This document shows, one piece after another, positions 1 through 12,650 of a stretch of DNA of 64,000 bases. Each line of letters begins with the position of its first letter. The stretch's first letter is position 1. The notes under the pieces were generated by a model, which was given only the letters and a program-made list of their open reading frames with translations, made no database searches and was not told where the DNA came from. This DNA comes from Lama glama (Eukaryota), in NCBI GenBank assembly GCA_028534125.1, contig CM052818.1, forward strand, positions 38,316,001-38,380,000, written 5' to 3'. The position numbers were made by a program, and so were the translations under genes.

Positions 1-2789
1 TTTAGCCCCTAACTTGAATCCTTATTTAGTACCTAATGTTCAGATTGCATAAATAACAGAGTTGTAGCCACTTACAGTAAGTAAGACATAACACATCATT
101 CCCAACATGAACAAACACATGAATGTGTCGTACAACAGTGAGACCTGCTCTTCAGGCACAATGGAATCACCCCTTCAAGAAGCAGAAACACTTTAGGTTT
201 CTCAGCCTTCCCCATAGTCATCGCTATGAATCTGACAGTTTTGTTAAAGGCAGGGGGTTTAAAAAGCTGGACACTGACTAATATGCTTGTCTCTCACTTC
301 TATCTTTGGTTAACCCATTGGTTCCCACCAGGTACACAAAAAATACCATGTAGGATTGTACATTTAAAACCTTGTATGTTTTAATTTATGGATAGTATGA
401 AAGATATGCATGTATAATTTTAACTAGTATACATGACTTTCACCTGACTCATCAATTTTTGAACCTCACCCACAGAGATGTAACTTCACAGAATTTTTTT
501 GTTCATTAAACCAAGAAAGTAAATAATTTTCTTTTTTAATGAATAATTATATGATAGACGCTTTCAGTTCTATAACCTCAGGGCGGGGAGGAGTATTATG
601 TTAACAGTAGTGTGCAGCATCCTGATAAACCTCCCTAGACACAAAAGGAAATTGCATCTCTAATCTCAAAATCTGATTAAATATGAAAGAGACAGGGTAG
701 TGAGAAAGCTTCACATAATCTTGGGTAACTTTTGAAAGGAGGGCTTCTGAGCTCCACATCATAGGGCTTTTAATTTGTATTCCATATCTCTCCCATAAAT
801 ACTAATCTGTGCATTGCATTTGGTTATAAACAGTGAAGAGACTTGAGTTTTTAGTTTTCAATATCTTTGTTAATCAGATGGGAATGAACGCCAGAAATTT
901 CAAGCTGGCAAATAACAGCTAGGAAGGATGAAGTGGAGACTGGAGCAGTCAACATGTTTACTCAGCTGGCTGGTCAAACCCCACTAAGGCAACGCCAAGA
1001 GACCACTCGTGATCCCCTTTTGCTCTCTCCTATTCCTGGCAGGTTCCAAATTTAGGTTTCCTTTCATTTTCATTGTGAATTCTTCTTTTACTTATGGGTT
1101 GTTTGGGTACATTGTTTAAACTCTCATCTGGAGTGATTTATCTTTTAATGATTGGTTTACAACTTAATTTCATTCATTCATTCCATCAAAAAACCTACTA
1201 CGTACCAGATATTATTTTAGTTATTAGACAGACAGCTGTGGGCAGAAATCTCTATGGCATCCTATTATACTGAATCAAAAATGGTTTCAAGTGGTTCAGC
1301 CTACACTGGGGAGACAGAAAATAAACATAATTGGTAAAGACTTTGATGGTGCGTTAGAACCTCTTCTGAGATTACAGTCCTTGAGATCTGGCCTCTAATA
1401 TTAGATCCCTGTCCCACCCTTGAAAACTGAAGCTCATTGCGTCCAGGAGCCAGCAAATGGCCTCAAGGGAAAATAAAAAGCTGTATTCAGTGATTTCCCA
1501 GTCCTCGAGTTCCTGCTTTCACTGAGTTTTTGGCCTACGATGAATCCTAACATTCTTCCTGGCTCAATGATGGGTTGTCATTCTTTATTCAAGAGTGTTA
1601 GTCATTTCTAATAGGAGGTTTGACAGAAGACTGGTTCATTTCACACTGTCTGAAGTAAAGCAAGGTCACTGGTGAGCACTGGGAGCATTCTCATTATCCT
1701 ATTACCCTCAGTATAATCATAGCCCATAAGCCTGAGTTTGCTCGGTTCTGATGCTTGTGGCTTTTAGCGGGGTTTTCCTTCTAACAGAATTGTGAAATAA
1801 ATGTATCCTGAGATTTTAGGTGCTTCTACGGCCCATTGGTGTGTGAACATCTGTGCACCTTCTGAGATTTACTGCACCCATATTCTTCCTGAGGGAAGCT
1901 GTGTCTGGTTCCAAGAGGCCTCCTGATAAGGGGGAAAATATGGTTTCCCACATTCAACAGATACTTAGAGCCTCATGTAGGATTGAAACAGTGGGGGAGA
2001 GCCCTAACGCTGGAGAAAGGTGCCTCTGCCACTCACCAGCCGTATAAGCTTTGATACATTATTATCTACCTAAGCCTCAGTGTCTCACAGACAGAATAAA
2101 ATTAAGCTCTACCCCACGGACTTTTACATGAGAGAACATAAAAGTGCAAGTAAAAGTGCCTTGTAAACTATAATGTACAGAAGGGTGATTTTCAAAATGA
2201 AAATAAATTTTTAAAAAGAAAGCCTGATTCATCCTAGGAATTAAAGGCAGAGCCCCCAGAGGACTTTAGGGAAGGGGAAGGGAAGATCAATGCACTTCAG
2301 CATGAATTCAGGAAGAACAGCACAGAATCTGGATTTAGACACTGTTGGTATACAGGGTTTACAGTGCCCCCTGGCAAAGTGGGAGCATGCCAAATGGAAA
2401 GAACACAGGTTTGCTAACAAAACAGCTGGAGTTCACATCCTGGCTCCATGACCTCCCAACAGTGTGAGCCTGGGCAAGTTGAAGGACTTGTCAGAAACTT
2501 TGTTCCTCATCTGTAACAGTGGATGAAAGTGCACATGGATTAAACACACTCAGATTCATAAAATGTCTACTGTACAGCAATAAATTCCTTATGACATTGT
2601 ATATATATCATCACAGGTAACCCTCCTATCAACCACATGAGTTGCATGAGCTGTATTTTTGTTGTTTTCATCTTAAAGATGAAGAAACTGACCTATCCAA
2701 GAAAATACATGGACAGAAGTAACAAAACTATGGCTTTTGACATTGACTCAGGAATTTCCACTCCACTGCTGTTGCCTCCACTCTAATAG

Positions 2790-3443
2790 ATCAGGGCTGT
2801 GTAGCTGGTAGGGGTAGGAGGTGTGATTTTAAATAGACTGACTAGATGTCACCCTGCTGGAGCAACTGGAAGCACACAGGCTACACAGAAGGGCCATCCA
2901 GGTATTTGGATGATTGAGCCCCTGGCCCCAAAGGTAGACACTAATGACCTGAAGTCATCTTACAGGTGGGATTTATTTCCTACTCTCTGGCACACATGTT
3001 TCTTACCAATGTGTATGGGGTTATTGCTACATTCAACTCATCAGGTTCAATGGTATGATCTCAACAATGTAATGGACTAGCATGATCTGCCTGAGAACAT
3101 ACGACATGTAACTGGAAAGTTGACATAGTACCATGAAGGTGTATGGCTGGTCCCATCAGGTGAAGCTTAACAGCATCTACGGATCTTTAGTAACAAATGT
3201 AGAGAAAAGGGCATTTGCCAGATCCAGGAGCCAAGGTACGTGTTGATTTGCTCTAGGAATGAAACCACATCTGAAACAGGAGCTGTAATTGGAGTCACAA
3301 CCTGACTGAGTTTATGATAATCCACTGTCATTCTCCCTGATCCATCTGTCTTCTGTACAAGCCAAAGAAACAAGCTGAATGAGGACCTGGAAGGAAGCAC
3401 AACCCTTGCGTCTTCCAGGACGTTAGTATAGCACTAACCTCCG
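2790..3443 (-). mobile_element. ERVL pol (reverse transcriptase) fragment
   Basis: WLVQKTDGSGRMTVDYHKLSQVVTPI and LVHYIVEII resemble ERVL WPVQKTDGSWRMTVDYRKL and LVHYIDDI. Confidence 0.85.
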
Positions 3444-4455
3444 GAAATGCATTATGCTCTAAATCAGCAAGCAATATGTGGTGCTGCTTCCCTCCTAGTC
3501 AGAGCTTTCAGGTCCTGGAATCAAGGGTTCTGAAAACAAGATGGTTCCTGTCAGTGATTTCGCTGGTGATCCACAAGAGAAGGTTTTGCTTTACCATCAT
3601 CACTTTGGCCTTTCCTGGTCTACAAGACCTAGGTCCCAAGGAAGCATGCTTCCCGCAGGTTACACAACAATGCTTTACTGAAACTGGTAGTTGAGACAGC
3701 CACCAACCACTCTGAGCTTCATTCAACAGGTAAAAAAGGCAATTTATTGTACTGACTGGGGTATTGATGCTTTCAAGAGGATACAGAATTGCTAGATCAT
3801 ATTGGAGGTAAGGAAGTGTTCATCTGGAATTTATGGGAGTCCCTGGGGTTTCTCTTAGTACTCTAGGTCCTACAATTAAAGTCAATGGAAATTTTCAACA
3901 ACCCTACACAGGCAGGAATACTAATGCCCTAAAACCTTCAGGAATAATGGTTTGGGTCACCCCATCTGGGAAGGCGCCAAAACCAGTAGAGGTATTTTGT
4001 AGAGGCAAAGGAAAAATGAGATAGAGAACAAGCAGCAGAAAAAGGTAGCGAAAAACACCAGATATAACCACATGGCCAACTGCAGAAACAAGAACTATAA
4101 TAATGTTTAGTGTTTCTTCCTTATTTTAATATGAATAGGTCTCAATGCATATTACATATTAACCATTTGTTTTCTCTTCATGTCTCCCATTCCTCTATTA
4201 TCTGACATAAGATATGGTAATGGTGATTAAGTTTATCTCAGTACTTCAATTACAGGATACCAAAAGGAGAATGTGACTCAAGCAAGAGGAATACACATCA
4301 CCCAAAGACAAATTAAAAGAATTTGTATCAAACTTTGGAAGAGATTGTGTGTTTTCAGTTGTACAAGGGATTGTTGCACTATGTTAGACTGAAACATGGT
4401 TTTTCAACTGTACTCATTTGGAAGATAAATGTGGTTAAAAGATTAATACATGGAT
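3444..4455 (+). mobile_element. ERVL internal 3' part (integrase C-terminus, dUTPase-like, 3' UTR)
   Basis: Degenerate YALNQ..GA..P and ..VPK..MLP..T...LNW.LR.P motifs; runs into a purine tract and the LTR. Confidence 0.75.
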
Positions 4456-5107
4456 AGCACACAGAGAGGGTGTTGATTTAGCCAGGCTGAAGCAGTGTTT
4501 CCCAGAATCCCCTTTCCTGCATAATTTCAGGTTAGTATGGGCTAAAGGAGAAATCAGCACAAGATCTGGAAGGCAGAATGAAGCAGGAGACAGGTCAGTG
4601 CTGGGCACTGTTGCAGCTCACGTGCATTCTGGTGATCTGCTGGTTCACCTAGCTGGCATGGGGCGCTGGCCAGGCTTGCAGCGACTTCAGCTCCCACTAC
4701 ATCTCCTCCTTTAGCTTCTGATTCTTGGGCCAGGTGTGTGTTTATCTCTGTGAGGAAGGAGGCAGCTTCTCCTGTAAGTCACCTCCATCATCAACGATGG
4801 AGTCCTAAAGGTAACGAGAGACTCACGTGTGTCCGAGCCCATCCTGTGGGGTCCAGGAGGTCCTTGTGGGCTCTGCTTTGTCTTTGCTCTCCTCTATTTC
4901 ACATCCATCTTTTCGTCCCAACTGACACCCATCTTTTTTTCCCAATTAACTTTAGGTTCTACCAATGTACCTACAAGTAACGGCCTTTCACACACTGTTT
5001 AACCAGCTCCCACAATTGCATAGTTCAAATCTCTAGAACAAATCCCTTATTATATAATTTTATACTATATAAACCACTGCTAGTGGTTCCAACTCTCTGA
5101 TCTACCC
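4456..5107 (+). mobile_element. ERVL-class LTR (LTR41/LTR52-like)
   Basis: gccaggctgaa..tttcccagaatcccct start; ccagctcccacaattgc...aaatccctt...ggttc..ctctctgat end. Confidence 0.7.
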
Positions 5108-5339
5108 TAAAGGAAAAGCATAAAGATGGAAGCGGCAGAGCCAGAGCTCACACCTAGCTCATTTATAATACTGATTCAGGGTGCCTTCCATTAAATTGCT
5201 GCCTCCACCATGATCATTTTGGACCATATACCTGGAGGGTGTTAGTAGTTTAAAACAGCATATTGGCCACTACTGTCCCTCGTGGGGAAATGGAGGCATA
5301 TAGGCTGCATGAAGAACTTTGAGATATTAAGATGATTAA

Positions 5340-5640
5340 ATGCCTGGCCTGAAAGGTGCATGTTAATGAACTGAAGTCAGCCTGTAGGGAGGGTTTCTGG
5401 GAACAGGACCCATCCCAGAGGCTTCCTTCAACTTTGGCCCATTCAGCGCTTTCAACTGCAAATCGCATAATAAAGACAGAAGATGTGTTTATCAAATTTT
5501 CAGATGACACAAGACTGACCCAGCTAGCAAATATGCTGAGTAATAGAATCAAGAATCCAAAAGATTTGACAGGATGAATAATGAGTCACAGCTAACAAGA
5601 TGAAAGTCAGCAGGATGGGTACCCAGTTCTACCCTCCACA
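5340..5640 (+). mobile_element. CR1/L3 LINE RT fragment
   Basis: FIKFSDDTRLTQLANMLSNRIKNPKDL resembles CR1 KFADDTKL...DRIKIQNDL. Confidence 0.8.
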
Positions 5641-5699
5641 GCCCAGGGTAGCGGTGCAGCCGACCCTCCTTACACTGGAGACGGGTGCTAGGGTCTCAC

Positions 5700-5927
5700 C
5701 TGAGCTCACTCTGTGCAGAAGCACATGATACTGGTCAGAGGCCTGCTTCAAGGGAATGCTCCTGAGTTCAAAAATCATCTCCACAAACACAGACTTAGAG
5801 AAGCCTGGCTTAATAGCAGCCTTTGTGAAAAAGCCACTGAGCTCATTACCAGTCAACACTGTGACTATGTTCAAGCGCTCATCGGTACTTGAGCTTCACT
5901 ACTCAAGGCGTGTTGTTCCAGTACAGG
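5700..5927 (-). pseudogene. Possible downstream exon relic
   Basis: attgtcttcag|...CAG|gtgaga; 228 nt, phase 1->1, two adjacent stops then LNIVTVLTGNELSGFFTKAAIKPGFSKSVFVEMIFEL... Confidence 0.4.
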
Positions 5928-6623
5928 CTGAAGACAATCTTAGAACTTCGCTCTGCTCAAAACCACACAGCTGAAGGCCACACTTTGATTACAAACTAGC
6001 ATTTGACAAATGTGGGGAGGAAATATAATTAAGTCATATGAAGAACATACTAAAGAGAATGATCATGAGAGCTGGCTCCAAATAAGTTAAGAGTTTTCAC
6101 GTAAGAAAAAAAGAGAATTTCATTTGTACTTCTAGAAGACAGATGGGCAGAAACTGTAGAAAGGAACACTGTAATCACTATAAAAAATAAGCATATAATA
6201 CAGTGGTTAAGTTGCGCTCTGGAGTCAAACTACTTTGGTTAGCGCTCATGATTCAGTCTCCAGCCGTGTGACCTGAGCAAGCTGCTCATTTCCTCTGGCC
6301 TCATATTTCTCATTTATAAATAGGAAATATAAGAATATCCCTCTCATACGTGTGTTGTGGAGATTAACTGGAAGAAAAACAAGTAATATCTACCTCTCCC
6401 GGCTATTATGACCATGAAATGAGGCAACACACACGCATAAAATATTTAGAAGAGGTTACCTGGTTAGAGGTCAATAAATACTTCCTAGTCTTTTCATTAT
6501 AAGAAAGCACATACTGACGCTTGGAGCTATTTCCAAACAGAACACCCTGCAAGGAGTAGGCAGCCTCTTGCGGCTCAATGTGTCCAGACTAAGATAGGTT
6601 CTCTTTTAAACGGGAATATCATA

Positions 6624-6793
6624 GAGTGGTATTTCTCACACTGGAATGTACATGCGAACTACCTTTACGGCTCATTAAAGTGTGAGTTCTGACTCAGCAG
6701 GTCTGGCGTGGGGCCTGCGAGTCTGCATTTCTCACAAGCTCCCAGTTACTGCGAAGGCTGCGGGTTTAGTTACCACATCCTGAGAAGCAAGAC
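6624..6793. mobile_element. MER5A-type hAT DNA transposon
   Basis: ttctgactcagcaggtctggcgtggggcctg..tctgcatttctcacaagctccca core. Confidence 0.8.
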
Positions 6794-8460
6794 TGGAGAA
6801 CTTCTCCACTGGGTAGGAAGAAAAGGAATAAGGTCCCTGCCATTCTAAAACATACATATTCTGTAATGTTACAAATATGAGAATGATAGTTATCTTGAAA
6901 CTACACTGTAACTGAGTAATCTAGAGCCAGTGACCTAACCTTGTACCTTGTTTTGATACATTCTACAAAACACTTTTAAGAAATGAGTCCTTTTTACAGC
7001 AAAATCCAAACTCCTCAGATGGAAGCCGATCCACTTCTGCAGAGGGTTTCATTTCCTAATTGGCTGAACATCTGTTCCAGTTCTAAGCATAGATTTATCT
7101 TTATCAAATACTGATTGGTCTCTGGCTCCTGCCGGCTGCTGTGTCCCGGTGTGATGGAGAACAAAGCAGGGCAGCTGTGGGATGTCAGGAAGCCTCAGGA
7201 GGAAGGCAAACAAGGGCCAAGGAAGCAGAAAAGAAAGAGACTCACAAGATACTGGCAGGAAAAAGCAACAGCAAACTCTGCTGGCTTCAAGGTGAAATGG
7301 AATCAGATCTGGCCGTGGGAGGAGCCTCAGAAGCCATCTGATCCATTTTCTGCAGTTTTCGATAGTGAAACAAAGTTCCCGTAAGAGGTTATGACTTTCC
7401 AGAAGTGACACGTGAATGTAACATCAGAACTGGAAACCAGGCCGTGTGGCTCCTGGACCAGTGCTCACCCCGCTGGCCCATGCCTGCCTCCCATTTCCTC
7501 CTGGGGACTCCTGCCCCGGTGATGCTGCTTTGTCCATCCACGGTTTCTCTTCCTGCTTCAGCTGCCCTCCAGGATAAGGAGGGCTGAGGAAGATTCTAGG
7601 GAGACTGCTAGAGATCAGGGAACTACTGGTTTACTCAGGTTAAGTTCTCAAGATGAAACTGCTCCAAAAGATCTGAAAAGCACTTCCAAATCACTCACAT
7701 TGCTCTCTGCCTCTGTTGTACGAACACATTAGACAGCAAATATAATACAAGCATCTGTGTGAGGCTGTGACTTTCCAGAAGTAACACATGGAGGGAGCAT
7801 CAGTACTGGGAACCAAGCCAACCAGCTGGCCTTGACACCTTATCAAGAGCCAAGAGGCCAGAGTACAGCGCTGGTTCTCAGTATTTCTCCCCTGCAGGCG
7901 CCTGGATTCACTCCTACCTCCTCTTCCTTCTGTGAACAGTCTTCATTGCAATAAAAGTAAAAATTAAAAAGGGCATACCCACTTTCCTTTTTGTGAAGGT
8001 CAGGTCAGGAAAGGAGCAATGAATGACTCATAAGCTTTGGCCAGGTGAGCAGGGAACCTGGAAAGCCACAAGGAATTACTTCAGACCTGAAAACCCCCTT
8101 TTCTCCCAAATCCCACACCTTCATGCAGGTTGAGAGCTTTAGACATTCTTGGGAGAGAACTAAAAGTCATTAGTTCCACTAACATGATCTGACCAGCAAC
8201 AGGCTTCTCCTGGGAGGCTGGGTCATAGAGCAGCCTCCACTGCTACACTGGGGAGGCTGTCTGTTTTGGTTTTCGACAACTCCCTGACAACCTGTGAATG
8301 TAGTTTCCCAACTCTTGACCTCTCATATCCTGTACAACAGTTTTGGAAACAAGTATCATCTTTGCCTATGACCTAATCTCTACCCTCTAATGAGGCCCCA
8401 TTTCCCTCTTGATCAATTTGCTGAAATCAAAAGTAACAGTATTGGCCACCCATCACTTAC

Positions 8461-8708
8461 ACAAGAGAAGATGCATTCCTTTTAAATAAACACAGCTGTA
8501 GCGACAGAAATATTATACACATCAGCAAAAGGAGGGCCCCAGCTAGTGGCGTTCTTGAGAGACCCAGATCAGGAATTTATTTGCCAGTGCTACACAGCAT
8601 TGATGGCCCACCCTCTAGAGTACAGCCAGAGTCAGGAATTCATTGCTACTCTGGCGAGGTGACATACGGTTCTCTGTGCTTAGTTACGGGGGTAACTGTT
8701 CACTGTTC
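8461..8708 (-). pseudogene. Two possible micro-exon relics (8668-8708, 8461-8495)
   Basis: cttcagttctatag|41 nt|gtatgt and tttctgtcgctacag|35 nt|gtaagt; no clear protein match. Confidence 0.35.
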
Positions 8709-8921
8709 CTATAGAACTGAAGGGCTGCCACTCATCTGTGAATCGGCCCCGGTCTGTGATGCCTGTGGGCGGGCAGGGAAGACAGCTACCAGCAGCAGGA
8801 AGAGTCTGAGCAGGCTACCGTCGTGCTGACTACCGCCTGGGAGGCGGGTGAAATCCAGGAAGCGTCCAGGGGGACCACACACTGCTCTCCTCTGCCTTTC
8901 GCCGAGATGGCTCTCCAACAT

Positions 8922-9102
8922 TATTTTTTTTTAAACTTTTTAAATTGAAGTACAGTCAGTTACAATGTGTCAATTTCTGGTGTCCAGCACAATGTTCCAG
9001 TCACGCGTATACACACATATATTCGTCTTCATATTCTCTTTCATCAAAGCCCACCACAAGATATTGAACATAGTTCCCTGTGCTCTACAGAAGAAACTTT
9101 TT
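8922..9102 (-). mobile_element. Short camelid L1 3'-end-derived element
   Basis: Poly-T then aattgaagtacagtcagttacaatgtgtcaatttctggtg...gttccctgtgct; flanked by ccaacatta / ccaacgtta, a probable TSD. Confidence 0.8.
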
Positions 9103-9769
9103 TCCAACGTTACTTTAGAGTGAAAATCACTTTCATGTTTAGATCAATGCACAGAAGAAGTGATAAATTAAACGTTTTACCCTACACATTTTTAATGGCA
9201 AATGTGTTACGCATTGGAAACAGATCATGCTGACTATACAAGTGAAACCTAATAAATTCTGTTGCCAGCCTACAGTTATGTGTCTGTCAGCCCATCTTTG
9301 GCTTTAGGGCCCAGGACCATAGGCAATGACAGGGTCAGTGTCAGAACAAGTTCCTGAGGAGGAGTCACAGATTTGAGTTAAGAAAGTAGAGGTTTCACAG
9401 CTCCTGCTGCCCTCAGTGTTTAGGCATTTTCTTATGGGTATTTTCCATAGAAGCCTTGGTACCTTCCTTCTTTCTCAGGACAGGCCAAGTCCTAGAGTGA
9501 CAGCAGGAAGGAAAACTGCATGGAATGATCTATGTGAAATGGCCACTATCCTTTTGCTTATAGCGGCAAAGTTAGGGCTAAGAGCTCTCTTATCCGTATT
9601 TGCATGCAATTTTCTGAGTTTGCTTTAATGGATATGACATTTCATTAATTCTGATTCATTGTGTACTCAAGCCAAAACACATGCAGTTTAGTTCCATTCA
9701 CTGACAGAAAATAGAAGCTGAAAAATTCCAAGGTAGAGTTACAACTGAAGGTGTGTAATTACTCATTAC

Positions 9770-9960
9770 CCAATCAGCTACCAGGTTCAGAGGCTAAGAA
9801 TGGTTTGGAGATAAACTGCAACTTCTGTGAGTAAATCTGACAGGCTGGGTTAGTAGGTGTGTTTCTTTTGATTAATGACACAAGGAAGAAAGGTTTAGAA
9901 AAGGTATTTCTACTGATTCTGCTACTTCTAGGCTGACCCTTAAGATGTTTCTACCAGTTA
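9770..9960 (-). pseudogene. VIRMA-like exon relic (donor uncertain)
   Basis: tttaatttatgttttccttag| then NILRVSLEVAESVEIPFLNL...KETHLLTQP vs VIRMA DLVKVDLIELSEKCCSDFDL...LERSFLSEP. Confidence 0.55.
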
Positions 9961-10024
9961 CTAAGGAAAACATAAATTAAAGTGAGCAAGGTGCGAATTT
10001 TGTAAAAATACACAAAAATGTTAC

Positions 10025-10132
10025 ATCCACAACTCCTCTGCCCTAATTAAAAAGGAACTCAAGATGGTAAGTCCTAGGCTATGCCAGAATGGGTCGTTCG
10101 GCTATAGAGCTCAACTTTTTCAGAAAATGCAC
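10025..10132 (-). pseudogene. VIRMA-like exon relic with damaged acceptor
   Basis: Strong pyrimidine tract ending in 'ac' instead of 'ag'. VHFLKKL...RPILA*PRTYHLEFLFN* vs VIRMA VVGLKQM...EPVLSAPESLQNLFNN. Confidence 0.65.
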
Positions 10133-11409
10133 GTATGAAGATAAAGGAAAAGACAAGCACAGTTAGAGCTATTCATCGCGGTCAATTAACATAAGAGTTT
10201 GAACACAGCACAGCTACTATGTGGGTTTTAACATCCTTCAATATTTTCCCAACAGATTAGATTTCTGGGGGTAGAGCAGGCATTTGCCTGGTTGCTCATG
10301 AAATGGGTCCAAAAGAGCCATTTCCAGGTCCTTGCCCTCCAGGGGCTTCCTTCTTAGATGCCATGGTAAGATACACACACACACACACCCCATAAAAAAA
10401 AAAAAAGCTACAGAGCAGAGTCTGACAGCATCCAGTGAACTGAAAGAGGAAGCGCAGATACAGGGGAAAGTCTTTTGATCTTGGGGTTGTTTGGGAAAGT
10501 TTCACAAAGTGGGTGAGGTTTGCATGGGGCCTTGAGGATGAGCTGGATGGGTTTTCAAGACAGAGAGAATAGTCTGAACAGTACAGTGGTAGAAACTATC
10601 TTGATTTGGGGGAGACGACTTATGATAGAAAGGTGACAATAAAGGACTGTTATTCATAAAGATGAGACAGGCTCCCACTGGGGGAGGAGGGAGGGATGGA
10701 AGGAGATTCTGAATGAGAGTCACAAAAGTGTTGACTCTGGGTATTGATACCCTGCGTGGCTCCAGAAACACTAGCCCCGAGCACTCTCCATGAAGGACTG
10801 GAGTGGAGGGACAACAGAGCCCTGAGGACCTGTTATGTGTTTGTGATGGCTGGGAGATAATGAAAGTCGGAACTAAAAGGGTGGTAAAAGCAAAAGAGAA
10901 ATGGAAGCAAGAAACAATAAAAAGGAGACTTGTCAGGATTCGGGGACTGGAGAGGCATTCAAGTGAAGAAGGGAGCGGATACAGACAGCTCTGAGTCTTT
11001 CAGCCTGACTGGGAAGTCGGGAAAAAGAAGCAGCTTTAAAATAAGATAATGAATTCTTTACAAGGAGATGTGTTCTTTACAGAGAACGGAAAGTGCGTGG
11101 CAGATGTGCAAGCAGAAATCTGAAGCAGGAAGCTGTGGGTGTGGGACTGGAGCAGAAGTGCGCACCCAGGTCCAGGTGTAGGTGTTGACAATGATTAGTT
11201 CAGCGAGGTTAAAGCCGAGTCCAGGCTAAGAACACCGCCCCAGGACTACTACTGGGGCGAATCCTACGTGTGTTCCGCGTGGGTGGGAGCTCCTTCCTCA
11301 GCCCTCCCTTACTGTGAAATCCCTGCCCTGACCAAATGCAGGACTGGCAACCAGGAGGAACGTCAGCACCAGTTTACAGAGGATGAGAAGAGCCATGAGG
11401 GAGGAAAAG

Positions 11410-11768
11410 TGTCTCAGTCCATCCATGCTACTATAAGAAAGATACCATACACTGGGTATCTTACAAACAAACGTTTATTTCCCACAATTCTGGAGGCTGG
11501 GAAGTCTAAGATCATGGCGCCAGCATATCTGGCGTCTGGTGAGAGCCTGCTTCCTCACTGCTGGCCATCTTCTCACTGTAACTGCCTGCAGCGGAAGTGA
11601 GGAGGAAGCTCTCTGGGTCTCCCTCATAACGGCACTAATCCCATAAATGAGGGCTTAGCCCTCAAGACCTAATCACCTCCCAAAGGCCCCACCCCCTAAT
11701 ATCATCATCTTGGGAGGATAGGTTTCGATACATAAGTTTGGGGAGAACACAAACATCCAGGCTATGGA
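11410..11768. mobile_element. MaLR solo LTR (MLT1A-like)
   Basis: ttctggaggctgggaagtctaagatca...ctaatcacctcccaaaggccccacc motifs. Confidence 0.85.
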
Positions 11769-12213
11769 AGACAGAGTCCTATTAATATTCTGTTGTGAAA
11801 GTCCAGCAGATGGCCTGCTAGGGCAGAGGCGGACTTAGGAGTCACTAGTTGGTTGTGATAAACGTAGTCACGGAATGTATGAGTCAGAAGACCCTGCAAG
11901 GGCATTCAGTAGGGTGTCTTTAAACCTCTTTTAGCCATGGGAATCTTTTTTAAAATGAAAATTTATATGGAAATCTAAACAGCTAAGCTGCTCCCATTGG
12001 GAGCCCAAGAGACACCTTCAAGAAGTACTGTTTGCTCTAGTCCAGCTGCCTTATTTTATACATGGGAGAAGTGAAGCCCAGATGGAGAAGCCCAGAAAAC
12101 ACAGCTAAGCTGGGACTCCGACATAGGGCTGCAGGACCCCAGACCACTGCTCCAGGGAAAGGGAGAGTGGCCCCAACCCTGCTCTGCATTGCATCATCCC
12201 GTGATGAACATAC

Positions 12214-12236
12214 AATAGAATACTGTTGAAAGCCTC
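12214..12236 (-). pseudogene. Micro-exon relic
   Basis: ttttatttgattttctaag|23 nt|gtatgt; EAFNSIL vs VIRMA DNLDSLL. Confidence 0.5.
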
Positions 12237-12387
12237 CTTAGAAAATCAAATAAAAGCACATTTCATTACCTTTAAGGGCCACCACCACCACCACCACCAC
12301 AACAAAAAGGCTCATCCCCAGGCAGAGGGTGGGAGGAGGGAAAGTCAGAGGGCAAGCACGGGCAGGGGCTCTGGAGTTCAAGCCCAC

Positions 12388-12650
12388 CTCCAGTGCCAGA
12401 TCAGAAGGTGAAGCCAACATCCACAGAATTGCCAGGCTGTCCCAGGGTAGGGGCCATGCCTCCTCTTGTTCCCTTAACTCCACCAGCTTGTTCTCCTCTG
12501 CATTCAGCCTCCAAGTAGCCTTTGCACATTTTGCAGCAGATCCTTCCCTGCAGAATCCCTGCTCCAAAGTTCACCCCGCAAAGTGTTCTGTAGAGCTACT
12601 GCTCCACAGCTCCGGCTTCAGGGAGAGGTTTCCTAGGGCCTTCTCCCACT
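12388..12650 (-). pseudogene. VIRMA-like exon relic
   Basis: gtctcttgctttcttctcag|...GAG|gtgggc. GKDLLQNVQRLL / WRLNAEENKLVELREQEE vs VIRMA SSFLEFMRQIL / MSINAAELKQLLQSKEE. Confidence 0.65.

Noticed and set aside
5700-5760. Resemblance of DQYHVLLHRVSSG to PKD1L1, a gene lost in cetartiodactyls
   Set aside because: Isolated short match; no other exon fits PKD1L1.
12279-12303. Poly-His ORF
   Set aside because: Intronic (CAC)n microsatellite.
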